DNA of 64,000 nt from Leucoraja erinacea. Its lineage: Eukaryota. The position numbers were made by a program, and so were the translations under genes. This document shows positions 1 to 12,417 of the stretch, piece after piece. Location: positions 13,144,001 through 13,208,000 of the forward strand of contig NC_073404.1 of the NCBI RefSeq assembly GCF_028641065.1. The letters run 5' to 3'. Each line of letters begins with the position of its first letter. Position 1 is the first letter of the stretch. The notes under the pieces were generated by a model. It searched no databases. It saw nothing but the letters and a program-made list of their open reading frames with translations, and was not told the DNA's origin.

Positions 1-308
1 GGGTCTGTCACCGGCCCCAGTCTTTGCTCAGTCTGGCCAGTTTGGCACAGGCATGGGTCAGGGAATCTCCCCTCCCCGCCCTCCATTGCACATTCCAACA
101 GTCCGCGTCTCCCAAGGATTCGTGCCTTCTCTCCCTCCCCAACTTTCTTCATTTGGGGCATGTTGACCACAACAGCGCAGCCTCCAACGTGTGCAGCTGA
201 CTGGCGCCTGTCACAACCGCGGTCCGTGCCGTGAGGAGAGCGCACACCCCTGGGCTGGTCGACCGTGTGTGGGGATCTAACAGCCCTCTCCTTGGACTCT
301 TTCCACAG

Positions 309-441
309 CTCGGTGGGGCGAGAGCAGCAGGAGGCCAAGAGCAACAAGAAGCAGCTGGAGCTGCACAGCCTGCAGAGCAGGGTTGGCGAGCTGGAGGCGG
401 AGAACCGGCAGCTGGCACGGGAGCTCCAGGCACACGCCAAG
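309..441 (+). CDS. SPAG5: SPAG5 internal exon
   Basis: ttccacag|CTCG...GCCAAG|gtggga; SVGREQQEAKSNKKQLELHSLQSRVGELEAENRQLARELQAHAK, coiled-coil-like. Confidence 0.75.
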
Positions 442-2151
442 GTGGGAGACGCTGGTGTCCGCGTGCTACAGCCGTGCACAGGCACCCGGGCGCGGGATTG
501 GGATGGGTACAGAAGTGGCTGTGTGGAGAGTGAAGCCTTGTGTTGAGGCTGGCTCTGTAACGTTCAGCACTTGACCATGGCTGTAAAGCCTCCATGTAAA
601 CTGCAAACTCACCCCCAGCTCTACCTCTCCTTCAGGCCTGTCCCCTTAACTCCCCTCTGCCTTCCGCAGCCCCTGTGTCTGTGCTTTCTCTCCCCTCACC
701 ACCCCAACCCCAAGGTTAAATGTTGACCTCAGTAGCTTCATAGTTGTGGAGTCATACAGCATGGAAACGGGCCCTTCAGCCCAACGTGTCCATGGTGACC
801 AAGATGCTCCACCTAAGCCAGTCCCATTTGCCCACGTTTGTCCCATATCCCTCTAAACTTTTCCTATCCATGTATCTGTCCACACGTCCATTAAATGCTG
901 TTATAGTGCCTGCTTCAACTATCTCTGACAGCTTGTACCGTACACCCCACCACCCTTGAGTCGGCTGTGTCTTTGTTTTTGCTGTCACGTTCACTCTTTG
1001 CCCCGTCCTGCCATTTCCAATCCGATACCGCCGTGTCTTGAGCCAAACACACAGCTGGAGGAGCTCGGCGGGTCAGGCAGCATCTGTGGAGGGAATGGAC
1101 AGGTGGCGTTTCGGGTCGGGATCCTTCTTCAGACTCGAGTCGCACTCAATCTGTGGAAGGGTCCCGGCCTGAGACATCGTCTGCCCCTTCCCTCCACAGA
1201 TGCTGCCTGACCTGCTGAGTTCCTCCAGCATCTGCAGTTTCTTGTGTCACTGTGTCCACGTGCCATGTCCTGCATCCTCCAATGTAACATGTCCATTTTA
1301 TGCTCCGACCCATTGAATGCTTCAATCGGCTCCTCCCCTGGGGCAGAATCGACCACATTCCTCACGGTTTTGCTGTGTATTTCCTTTTCTAGTTCTGTTC
1401 ATGCTTCATTTGCAGTTCTGCACACAAAACACCAATGTTGTTCCTGTAACTGGACATTTCGTGCTTCTGTTGAAGGGTGTTAGTGCTGATACAGCAGCAG
1501 TCGAACATCTTTCTGACACCGTGCAGTGTCGGGCTGGCCTTGCTGCAGTTCCCAGCAGATGAGATCTGCTCGATCAATTCTATTTGAACCATTCAGCATG
1601 GTAACAGGCCCTTCGGCCCAATCTGTCCATACTGGCCCATCTAAGCTAGTCCTATTTGTCCACATTTGGCCTAAATCCCTCTAAACCTTACCTCCAAATG
1701 TTTTTAACGGTTGAAGAAATGCTTCTTCAACCACCTGCACTGGCAACTCCTTGCATATACCCACAAACCTGTGTCTTCTGGTTCATGACTAGGAGTGTCC
1801 TGCACCTCTCTACCCCCTCCCTTTAACCGGTGGTCACTCATCCACTTCTGCCTGTGCCCGAGGCACGTTATCTATGACTACCACAGTCTCCTCGATGGCC
1901 CCAGGCCCATCCAACTTCAGCTCCCGACCCCTAATGCTGTTTAACGTCTGGAAACCGCTCTCTGGCAACTCCCGGTCATATTTACAGGCACGTGGCACGG
2001 TTGCAGTGCTGAAATGACAGGTTTTAAATCCTTTGCAGACTAAATGTGAACTGGAGCAAGCCTTGGAGAGTCAGAATGAGACCATCTTCGAATTTAACAA
2101 GCTGTTGGATTCCAATCTCGAGGAACACTCGCAATTTCTGGTAAGGCTTTA

Positions 2152-2196
<45 letters not shown>

Positions 2197-5100
2197 ACAC
2201 ATGGAACGTATATTCACCTCGGTCCAATAAGAGAAGGGAGGCCACAATGGCGCAGTAGTAGAGCCTCTGCCCCACAGCACTTGCAGCGCCGGAGACCTGG
2301 GTTTGACCCCGACTACGGGTGCTCTCTGTACGGAGTTTGCACGTTCTCCCCGTGACCGCGTGGGTTTTCTCCAAGATCTTTGGTTTCCTCCAAAGATGAA
2401 CAGGTATGTAGGTAAATTGGCTTGGTGTATGTGTAACTTGGCCCCAGTGTGCGCAGGATAGTGTTCACGTGCGGGGATGGCTGGGTCAGTGCGGACTCAG
2501 TGGGCCGAAGGGCCTGTTTCTGCGCTGCATCTCTGAACCAAACTAAAAGACTGTAGACCTCTCCTCTCTCAGTCGCTCCCCAGCCCATTGCCCTCCCACA
2601 GAGGATGCAGGCCATTGACCAGTGGAGCCACTGTTCCAATCAAACTGTCGACTGGATAATAGAAGCCCACACCTACTGTCTCTGAGGAAGGCTCATTAGC
2701 ACAACGGGGAGCTTCACTCTGTTTGACCCTGGGATTGTACGATGTGACAGTACAGAGTGAGTTTCACTCAGTCTGGCACCCAGGTGCGTGTGGTCGGACA
2801 ATGTAGAGGGAGCTTCACTCCGTGTCTGTCCCTGGAGTGTGTGTGTGATGGGATGGTGTGGGGGGGGAGAGCTTCATTCCGTCTCATCGCACAATCCAGG
2901 ATCGGACACTGTAAATGTTTAAGAAGGAACTGCAGATGCTGGAAAATCGAAGGTAGACAAAAATGCTGGAGAAGCTCAGCAGTGAGGCAGCATCTATGGA
3001 GCGAAGGAAATAGGCAATGTTTCGGGTCGTTCCGACCCGAAACGTTGCCTATTTCCTTCGCTCCATAGATGCTGCCTCACCCGCTGAGTTTCTCCAGCAT
3101 TTTTGTCTACCTCAGACAGTGTACAGCTTTCTTCGCACCATTCTTCGCTGGAGTGGCCCAGCCCGAGGGTGGAACGGTACTCACGTGAGGGCGATCCGGT
3201 CCGGGGGCTGGGACGGTGCTCCGGTGGCTGGGACGACGTTCTGGCGGCGGTGTCCTGGGTTCAGCCACGGGCCGGCGTCTGCGTGTGCTGGACTGGACGT
3301 GTGGCGGCTTCGACCACCCCGGGCCGCAGTGTTTGAACCGGCCCGTTCGCGGGGTTCGGTGAGCTGCGGGACTGTTTGTACCATCGTCCGGTGGGGAATC
3401 GCCTCAGCGCAGAGGGAGAAGAGGGAAGAGACTGCAGCCCTAAGATTTTTGCCTCCACCACAGTGAGGAGGTGTTTGGAGGACTCGCTGTGGTGGATGTT
3501 AATTTGTGTTTATTGTTGTTTATTATTGTATTATTGTATGTATGACTGCAGGCACGAAATTTCGTTCAGACCGTAAGGTCTGAATGCCAATAAAGGAATT
3601 CAATTCAATTCAATTCAATTCTATCACATACTCCAGGGTCAGACACAGTGCAAAGGGAGCTACGCTCTGTCTGACTTTGTCAGTGTTGGAAGGGATGGTG
3701 CAGAGAAGGAGCATCGCTCTCTCTACCGCCGAGTGTGTGTGTGTCTGGATGGTGTATCTTGGGGGCTTTTGACCCTGACCAAGGTTGATGAAACAATTGC
3801 TACTTGTAGCTGTGGCTGCCAGATGGTGAGAGATTGGGGAATGTTTGGTGTGGGTGAGGGGGAGGGGTCTGATCAGATTGCTGGGAGTGACGTGTGTGAC
3901 CCTGGTTTCAGGCGATGAAGCAGCAGGTGACTGATATGAAGCGGCAGCTGCAGCAGGTGGAGACGGAGGCCAGCACCTACCGCGAGGAGTTTGCCAAACT
4001 CCAGGGCCCCGGGGACTCTCTGGGCAAGGACTGGCTTCAGGAGAAGGTGGATCTCCAGCAGCAGGTAAGGACGCGACTGGGGCGTGTGTGGTGGCGCAGC
4101 GGGTAGAGCTGATGACTCGCAGCGCCAGATTCAATCCTGACCTCTGGTGCTGTCTGTGTAGAGTTTGCACGTTCTCCCTGTAACTTCTGCGTGCTCTGGT
4201 TTCCTCACACATCCAAACACGGGCGGGTTTGCAGGTTAATTACCATTTGTAAATTGGCCCTAGTGTGTAGGGAGTGGGTGCAAAAGTGGAGTAGACCTTG
4301 TGTGATAGTCTGGAATGCAGAGCCTGTTTCCATGCTGCATCATTTAATCAATTCACTCTTGCCACACTCTGGTCCACGGGGTACAGGCTGATGTTGGCAG
4401 ACGTGAATCCTTCCTGGGGCTAGGTGGGGTGGTGGGCATTGACTGCCAGTCCCAGCATGGCAGAGCTGGATAATTCATGGAGCCTCTCCAGTGGTCAGTG
4501 ATGCCCAGTGACGACCATTTGGCCCATTTAGCCTGTGCTGGCTGGCGATGCTGCCCATCGTGGCTCGCTTCCTCGCCCAAGCAGAGTCTATTGATCACAG
4601 GCTATGATGCCTCCTCACTGTAAGTCTCCGTGCCCAATGCCCCAGGCAGCGTCTCCCCGACAGACACCGCCTGCTGCTCTGGGCCACGGCTGGGAGCGAG
4701 GGGGTGTGGACGGAGCAGGCCGATTGAAGGTGTGTGGCCCTGGGGCGTTGGAGACCCTTTGCCGACCCTTCGACAGTGTGGGGAACAGCACTGGACACCG
4801 CCTCACAGGCTTCTCATCTGCTGACCTCTTCAACCCAAGGTGCGGAAGTTGCGAGGGGCTTACTTGCAGAAGGACGGCGAGATCCAGCAGCTGAAGGAGA
4901 AGATGTTCAGACATGTGAGTGGCTTCTTGTGGACTTGGTGCAGCTTGTGGGTGGGTCCCCGTCCCTCCCACCCTCTACACATCAACCCACCCCTCTACAA
5001 ATATACCCCCACCATTTCCACAAAGCAGCACCCCTCCTTCAATCAGGGGCTGCTTCAGGGCAGGAGGTCATTGGGCCCCTTCTCCCCATGTCTGGGAGAG

Positions 5101-6680
5101 TTGCCCTCCTCTTCCCCCACTTTACCCGTCTGCACTGAGCAGCATTTCAATCCCTGGCCCTGGGTGAAGCTGGCACACCCCCTGGGCTTCCTCACATTGC
5201 CCACACAAGCACCTGGTCACTGCCAGGGCCAGGACTGGTCTGACGTACTGCAGAAGGTGCCTCCAGCATCCCTGAGGCTATTAACCCCACCAGCGGTGGC
5301 TCTCTCTCTCTCTCTCCCTCTCTCCAGCGGTCAGGACTACAAGCTCTGCCAGTCCCCTCCTGTCATCTTCCCCTGTCCCACTCTCCTCTCGGACTCTTTG
5401 GGTCGATTCCGGCTGCACAACCCCAGGCCGGGAGCTGGGGGAGCGAGGGGCTGCTCGCCGATCCATCACCAAGGCTGCCGTCGTGAGGGGCACCCGGTCT
5501 GTGAGGAGGTTGCTCAGTGGTTGTGTTGCGTGGATCAGTGACGCCTTCTGTTTCCCCCCCCCCCCCCCCCATCTAGAGAGCCATCCTGGAGGAGAACAAT
5601 CAGAAAGCAGAGGCCGAGGTGCGCAAGCTGGACAACCTGATAGAGCACATCAGACGAGTAAGTGGCCGGGGAACAGAGGGTGGACGGGATGGGGTGCAGC
5701 TCTCTTTTCCACCACCCCCCCACCCTTCCCCTTTCCTGTAACGTCTGGAGGTAGGAAGAATGGCTCCCATCTGGACTCAGATCCTCACTACTAATAAGGT
5801 CATAAGTGATAGAAGAATTAGGTCATTTGGCCCATCAAGTCTACTCTGCCATTCAATCACGGCTGATCTATCTCTCCCTCTCTACCCCATTCTCTGGCCT
5901 TCGCCCCATAACTCCTAACTCTCGTAGTAATCAAGAATCGACAAATCTCTGCCTTAACAATGCTCTGTCCCAGGGGAGACTGCATCCCCCTCCTCCCCAT
6001 GTATCCCTGCACGTGCCCTCCACTGATGGTCTTCACCAAATGTGTTCCTGTAAATGAGTATCGTCATAAATGAATAAAGGGATATACCTTGAGAATGGAG
6101 ATGTAGAGGAATTTCTTTAGCCAGAGGGCGGTGGAATCTGTGGAATTCATGGAAGGCTGTGGAGGCCGAGTCATGGGGTATTTTTAAAGCAGAGCTTGAT
6201 AGGCTCTTGATCTGTAAGAGCTCCGAAGGCTAAGGGGGAGAAGGCAGGAGAATGGGATTGAGAGGGAAAGATAAATCGGCCATGATAGAATGGTGGAGTA
6301 GACTCGATGGGCCGAATGGCCTAATTCTGCTCATGATCTTCTCCCCAGCATTCAGACTCCTTGGTCCAAACCCTGCTTTCCCCTTTAGCCTTGTCCTTCA
6401 CTTGCAAGGGCGTGCATCCCCGCCACCTGTTTTTTTTTAACTCATCCCCTCTGCTGATCTGTGGCACACACGACCCCTTCTCGAGCCTCCACTATTTTTA
6501 GTCCTTCATCACCTAAATGATTTTTTTACATATTATCAAGTCCTGTGATGGGGGTTAGGGAGCTCCCAGGATAATGATCTGATTACCTACTTCATAAAGG
6601 AAATCCAAAATTAGAATTCAATTAAAATGGTAGGACTGCAGGCTGATTCTGCAGTAGGGCTGCTGCCTGCTGTACACCCC

Positions 6681-6714
<34 letters not shown>

Positions 6715-7615
6715 CCCCACCCCCCAGCATCAGTCAATAAATGCCACATGAAGCCCACATTCCTGGCTTTACTCAGGGCCGCCCATCCCTAGATGTCGCA
6801 TTCCAGCTAATGCTTATCTTATCTTGGTGTGGTGTCGATGAGGGGGGGAGGTTGGTTTGTGTGGTGGGTCGTCTATATCTGGAACGAGCTACCAGAGGAA
6901 GCTATAGGAGTGTATATAATTACTGCTTTCAAGGCATTTGGACAGATGTATTGATAGGAAAGGTTTAGGGGGATATGGGCCAAATGCAGGCAAAGGGAAC
7001 TAGCCCAGTGTGCAAACTTGGTCCACATGGACGAGATGGGCCAACAGGCCTGTTTCTATCTGTGCAGCTGAGTCTACAACTCCGTCTACACTTCATGCAT
7101 TGGAAAAAGTGGACAACATAATGGAGAATCTTCACTTCAGTCATTTCTCCCCTCTCCTGTCATGCAGTAGGTACAAAAGCCTGAAGCACATAGCACCAGA
7201 TTCAGGAACAGCTTCTTCCCTGTTATCTGACCACTGAATGGTCTTTCCATAAATTGGGGTGTGGTCTCAATTATCCAGCCTGTCTCATAGTGGCCCTGGC
7301 ACTTTTTATTTTTTCATCTGCACTTTCTAACTGTAATCCACACATTATATTCAGCACTCTGGTTATTTTTCCCTTTGCGCTACCTGTTGTGCTTGGCGTA
7401 GCTTGTTTGTACTCGTGTATGGTATGATGGACCTAGAGAGAATGCCTAACAAAGTTTTTTGCTGCATCTTGGTACACATGACAATAATAAACCAATGCCA
7501 ACACCAGTCTTATCCGTCTGTCTTTCAGACTCTCCATTCGATACCTGAAGTGGTGGGCAGCTCAGCGGAGTTGAAGTGTCTCCTGCAGTGCCTTGGAGAT
7601 GATCTGGCAACATAG
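309..7615 (+). CDS. SPAG5: Sperm-associated antigen 5 (astrin), 3' part; join(309..441,2039..2140,3912..4064,4840..4914,5577..5657,7529..7615); 5' exons lie upstream of the window
   Basis: Six GT-AG exons splice in frame to a coiled-coil C-terminus ...DWLQEKVDLQQQVRKLRGAYLQKDGEIQQLKEKMFRHRAILEENNQKAEAEVRKLDNLIEHIRRTLHSIPEVVGSSAELKCLLQCLGDDLAT*. This resembles the human astrin tail (WIQEKV...ILEEN...KLD..I.HI..TL.SIPEVV). Position next to ALDOC matches known synteny. Confidence 0.88.
1045..1248. mobile_element. Penelope-associated short element, inverted-repeat form, with hammerhead-like core
   Basis: Arms ctggaggagctcggcgggtcaggcagcatctgtggagggaa and ttccctccacagatgctgcctgacctgctgagttcctccag are reverse complements. 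Minus strand CTGAAGAAGGATCCCGACCCGAAACGCC at 1105-1132. Confidence 0.7.
2039..2140 (+). CDS. SPAG5: SPAG5 internal exon
   Basis: ctttgcag|ACT...TTTCTG|gtaagg; TKCELEQALESQNETIFEFNKLLDSNLEEHSQFL. Confidence 0.8.
2153..2196. repeat. Poly-C run (44 nt)
   Basis: Homopolymer visible directly; similar runs near 5554, 6683, 7846 and 15464, with G-runs near 12676 and 44002. Confidence 0.95.
2240..2548 (+). mobile_element. tRNA-derived V-SINE (HE1-like)
   Basis: A-box-like tggcgcagtagtag, B-box-like ggtttgacccc, V-domain ggagtttgcacgttctccccgtg, CR1-like tail gggccgaagggcctgtttc...aaactaaa. Confidence 0.8.
2915..3112. mobile_element. Palindromic Penelope-associated element
   Basis: Near-perfect hairpin at 2951-3112 centred on tttcgggtcg-ttc-cgacccgaaa. 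Confidence 0.75.
3912..4064 (+). CDS. SPAG5: SPAG5 internal exon
   Basis: tttcag|GCG...CAGCAG|gtaagg; contains DWLQEKV. Confidence 0.85.
4085..4345 (+). mobile_element. V-SINE (HE1-like)
   Basis: gtggcgcagcgggtagagctg head, V-domain, gcctgtttcc tail. Confidence 0.75.
4840..4914 (+). CDS. SPAG5: SPAG5 internal exon
   Basis: cccaag|GTG...AGACAT|gtgagt; VRKLRGAYLQKDGEIQQLKEKMFRH. Confidence 0.85.
5577..5657 (+). CDS. SPAG5: SPAG5 penultimate exon
   Basis: poly-C tract, atctag|AGA...AGACGA|gtaagt; RAILEENNQKAEAEVRKLDNLIEHIRR. Confidence 0.85.
7529..7615 (+). CDS. SPAG5: SPAG5 last coding exon
   Basis: tctttcag|ACT...TAG; TLHSIPEVVGSSAELKCLLQCLGDDLAT*. Confidence 0.88.
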   Translation, partial: TLHSIPEVVGSSAELKCLLQCLGDDLAT

Positions 7616-8033
7616 TGTGTCACGGGGCAAATGTGTCCCCTTCTCTCTCGCTGGAGGAGGAAAGGGCTGTTGTGAGGTGTGGGCTTCTGGTTGATTCACA
7701 GTAGGATTTGCGTCTCCAGCAACAGATTTGTGTCTCCAGTTTAAAAGCCCAGGGTTTCTTATTTGTACAGAAGACCAGAGAGTGCAGCCACTTGCATTAA
7801 AGATTTTGGGGTTGACTTTTCTCTCATTGTTGGAGTCCACTGCCAACCCCCCCCCCCCCCCCCCCCCCCACCACCCACCCCCCCACTGAGGCCTCTACAC
7901 ACAGTGCAAAGTATTTATTTATCAGTTGTATATAACTACCAGTGTTGTAATCCTGCTCTGTGTTTCATTGCCGCTCTTCCTGATTGTTGCCTGTCTGTAG
8001 AGATCTGCCCCTCTGAATATTTCCCCTCTGTAC

Positions 8034-8039
8034 CATAAA
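8034..8039 (+). terminator. Candidate SPAG5 poly(A) signal (variant CATAAA)
   Basis: CATAAA followed by GU/U-rich sequence (tgttgacatcgtgtgttcttctcttt). An ATTAAA near 7797 is an alternative. Confidence 0.35.
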
Positions 8040-10499
8040 GTTGCATCTGTTGACATCGTGTGTTCTTCTCTTTATTGGGGTCACATTGAACCTCTGGTTG
8101 AGTGACCTGCTCTTATTTCTTGTGCGATTTCAGGAATGAACAATTAACAATCTCTCTGCATCATTTCCTCTGCTGAGAGTGGATGATGAGAGATTGAGTA
8201 ATGTTACCTCTTTGCAAGGCTTGAAGGTCACGGGAGAATCCACTTACACACTCGCTCGCGTTACAAAGACTTTTGACCCATTTGCCCAGACAGTTGGAAC
8301 TGCTGCCCAATCATCTGTCTAACTGTGTCATTCCAGATCGCAGCAGTAGTCAGTGAACGTGACCGGTCTCCTCGCCCGTCAGTGTTCTCACCAGTATCTG
8401 TCGCCCACCCGAACTGCCCCTGAGAAGCTGCCTTCTCGACCCACTGTGTCAGAGTGAGGAAGGGGCTCCCCCCACAGTGCTGCTGAGGAGGGAGACCCAG
8501 GATTTGGCCCCAGCGCTGATGGAGTGGGAGGGTAGAGGCTGGTGAATGGAGTGGGGGTGCTTAGTCCTGGATGGTGAGAGGAGCTTCTCAGGGTTGTCGA
8601 AGCTGTGCTCATTCAGGCCAGTAGAGCATGTTCCATTACACCTGACGTCCCCTGTAGATGGGGGCCAGGTGTTGGGTGGTCAGTCGCTCATTGTGGGATC
8701 TCAGCCCTGACCTGCTCATGTCCACGGTGTTTGTGGCTGGCTTTATTAAATTTTGCATCAATGGTGAGCCCAGGATGTAGATGCTGAGGCAGTTGGTGCT
8801 GATAAATGCACTCCATGCGTCTGCCTTGTTGGACATGGTTGTCTTCTGGTTGCTTTGTCATGATTATACCATAACTAATCCATGCAACAGCACCACATGT
8901 TTCTATGTTAACCTATCCACTGTGCTGTCACCTGTGTGTCTACCTTTGATTTTTATCCAGCATGGATACCTACTCCAGGCCCCACTGTTCTTCCATTCTC
9001 CCTCGGGCCTCCCATTCATTGTGTCAGGAGTCCCCTTCTTAGACCACCTAAAATGTATCACTTCATAGTTATCAGGATTACATTCCATGCCAATGCACCG
9101 CACAATAACATTCTATAATCTAAGACTATCCTCACCATCAAAATCACCACCAATGAATGTTGACAAAGTCAAACCCTTAATAAGACTCGAGGACGTATAA
9201 TTGACCATCAGCAGTGGGTTTATTTTACTTGCACAAGTGGAGAAGTCTCGGTCAAAGGCTGTGATCACAACTCCAAAGTTAGTCGGTACAACAGGATATT
9301 TATACACCAAAAACCTGACAACTGAGGAAGTAGAAAGGTGAGGCAGATTGATGTGTTAATTAAAGGATCTATACTTAGATGATACAAAGGTCGTGACTTT
9401 TTGCTTCCGGACACAAGGTAAGGATGCTTAATATGTTAATGCTTGACACTAGATTGTGACTAGACACAAAGTGCAGTAATTCAGTGGGTGAGACAGCATA
9501 TAAGGAGAGAAGGAATGGGTGACGATTCCGGTCGAGACCCTTTGCCAGACTGAAGATTCCACAACACTGGGGAAAAGACTATTCCTCTCATGATTTTAAT
9601 TACCTTTATAATATGATGCCTCAGCCTCCTGAACTTCATGGAATATAGCCCTAGACTGCCCAACCTCTCTCTCTAACTCAGGCCCTCAAATCCTGGCAAC
9701 ACCCTCATAAATCCTCTGCAGTCTTTCCACCTTCATGCCATCTTTAAATGCCACATTTAGGGTGATTAAAACTGAATGCAATATTCCATATGTGGTTTTA
9801 ATAATGTCTTACAGAACTGCAACATAACTTATATACTTAATTCCCAGACCGAAGGCCACCATGTCAAAACCACCTTCATCATCCTTATCTGCCTATGACA
9901 CGTTTCCAAATGTAGATTAAACAAACCCTTCATTCTTTCTTTTCTAATAACTTCCCTGCCACTGGTGTCAGGTTCCTCACAATGTCCATTCTGAACATCA
10001 TGCCAATTAATCTCCTCTGTCTGCATGCCCAAGGGTTTCGACCCGAAACCTTGCCTATCTCCTTCGCTCCATAGATGCTACTGCACCCGCTGAGTTTCTC
10101 CAGCATTTTTGTGTACCCAGTGGTGATCTCTTGATTCCTTTAAAAGGTGCTTTGTAACTTTGCCGACGCCCTTTATGTGGCAACTGTTGGGTATGTGGAA
10201 CAAGGAATTTTACAGTGACTTGTACATGTGACAATAAAACATTCATTCATTCACCCAACCCCTCGGTAGCATCGGTCCTGGGGGTGCATCCATCTTTAAG
10301 TTTACTAACACTTTCTCCTTTTTCAGTGGTAACTTTGTTCTGGAATTTCACTTCCCTGAAGTCTCCAACTGCACAGGTTATGCAAGGAGAGTGTTCGTGT
10401 GAGAGTCGCCGCATCCTTGGCTCCCCATAGTCTACCACTTTGGTCCTCTTTACTGTCTGTCTCCCTCTGGTATTAGTTTACCTAACGTTGCCAACTTCT

Positions 10500-11100
10500 T
10501 CTCTCTACCGCTCGGCCTCTCTCTCTATCTCTCTCTCTCCGACCTCCTGGTTAAAATCCCCTCCTCCCGCCGGCCGCTGTGTGTCCCGTGGGGGGAGGGG
10601 AAGAGCCCCTGGTGGGAGGAGAAGCTGTGACTGGTGATCCGGAGACCGCTTTGTGCCGACTTCTCTTTGCCGGCGGCCCTGGGCGGAGTTTGCTTCAGTC
10701 ACGTAACTCTGCGGCATCACAATGGTCTTATTAACCCGGGGCGGAGCGTGGAAAAGCGCATTCAGGGCGCAGGCGGTCCCGGGACTCGGAGAGGAGCCGA
10801 TCACGGCGAGAGGGAGCAGCGGCTGGTGAGGGGGGCATGTGGGGAGCGGGTGAACGAGGGTGTAGCGGAGAGTCCAGCGCTGGGAGCTGGCACTCACTGA
10901 AATGTTTAATAATTTACTGATGGCTTGGCGCGGCATCAGGTCCGGTGTGTCCCCGTGTACGGGTTTAATGTAGAGATCGAGAGCTGAGACATTTCAGCAG
11001 CACTCGCTATTCACGCAGCTTCCTGCAGCGTCGCTGAACCTGTTGCGATGCGGGTCCTGTACATTGAATGCACTGTTGCAGAGGGCGCGATCTGTGTTCG
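10500..11100 (+). promoter_or_regulatory. CpG-island promoter and probable non-coding exon 1 of ALDOC
   Basis: CpG-rich; GC boxes GGGCGG at 10681 and about 10739; CACGTA (TACGTG on the minus strand) at 10700-10705; candidate donor CTG|gtgagg at 10825/10826. Vertebrate ALDOC has an untranslated first exon. Confidence 0.6.
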
Positions 11101-11419
11101 ACCTGATGTCGAGTCCTTTAAACGTGAAGCTCCCTCTACTCTGTCCCATCACACGCTCCCAGGCAAGGGGCTGGACAAGTGTGATTTCCTCTCTCCCAGT
11201 TCTCCATCCCACCTACTCCAACAGCCTGAAGGAGGGTCCCGGCCCGAAACGTTGTCTGCTCATTCCCTCCGCAGATGCTACCTGACCCACTGCGTTCCTC
11301 CAGCAGTTTGTGTTTTGCTCAAGTTTCCAGCGCCTGCAGTTTCTTATGCCTCTGGGTAAAGATGGTCATGTATTAGTTGGAGAACTATGTCAATATTCTG
11401 ATGAAAGTAACATGAATAA

Positions 11420-12417
11420 CCATATATAGGGTTCCGAGCCGCCAGCTGGGAATGGTCCCATCCCCCTCACCGTGGCCTGCATGTGGTCCACGTGTGATAA
11501 TATGGGCTGTTGAAGTTCTGTAGGGCGAGCGGGAAATTGATGGACTGACTTCCCAGGGCCTGTTGCGAAAGATGGGCCTGGCGCAGATGCCGCGCAATGT
11601 GCCAGTCAGCTGCACATTGCCGCACTATCTGTCGCTGGTGGAAAGGTTCTTCCAGACCAACACCTTTGACCACATGTCCATCGGGCAGTGGTCAGCACGG
11701 AAACAGCAGGGAAATGAGTCCATGGATACTGTGGCTCCATGGTTCCCTGAGCAGACTGCCCAGCTTGTCTGGCAAAATGCCTCATCGCCAGAACTCACCA
11801 ACAAGCACCAAGACCTGGCTCGATTGGCGGTGAGGGGAGCCCTCCCAGTCAGATCCTTCCTGCACCGTCCGAACCTCAGAACGGCTGCGGAGAAGTTTGC
11901 CCACCTCTTCCTAGAGTGTGGATTTGCAAAGACAGTCTGGAGAGGTTTGCAAGGGTCCCTGGCAAGCTTTATCCCGAACAGCTCCGTCACAGAGGACTCT
12001 GTGATTTACCAACTGTTCCCAGAGACGCATTCAGAGACTGATATCGAGTGCTGCTGCAAGGTCATCAACTCGGTTGGTCTGCACGAGCTTTGTTGACCAC
12101 CCAGCCGAGCTGATGTCCGTCGGGGAATGTTGTTGCTGAAGCTCGGTGCAGCCAACACCAAGGCTCAGTGAGGAAGGATCACAGTCTAGGGCCCTTCGGC
12201 TGCTGGATATGGGGGGACAGGGTGTGGTGGAGACTGCCCTCAAAAATAAGGGTGGGATTCCACGCCAGTGGGCCCACAAGAGTTACAATTGTGGGGGGTG
12301 AACTTGTGTGTTGAGTGTATGTACAGCCTTCGAGAATGTCGGCTGGAGTCTTGTAAGGATCATGTATTGGATATATTTAGTTCTCGAATAAAGTATATTT
12401 TGAAATTAAAAAAAAAA
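11420..12417 (+). mobile_element. Tx1/L1-type LINE 3' fragment
   Basis: Degenerate ORF2 C-terminus (ELTNKHQDLA.LAVRGALPVRSFLH...HLFLECGFAKTVW, RT zinc-binding region) followed by AATAAA and an A-tail. Confidence 0.7.

Noticed and set aside
2917-3112. Recurrent ORFs such as [23 protein letters not shown] / [16 protein letters not shown], suggesting a small protein family
   Set aside because: They are translations of the same palindromic repeat on both strands, with no conserved start or stop.
4840-5541. 233-aa ORF
   Set aside because: Only the first 25 codons are a SPAG5 exon; the rest is intron read-through with no recognisable domain.
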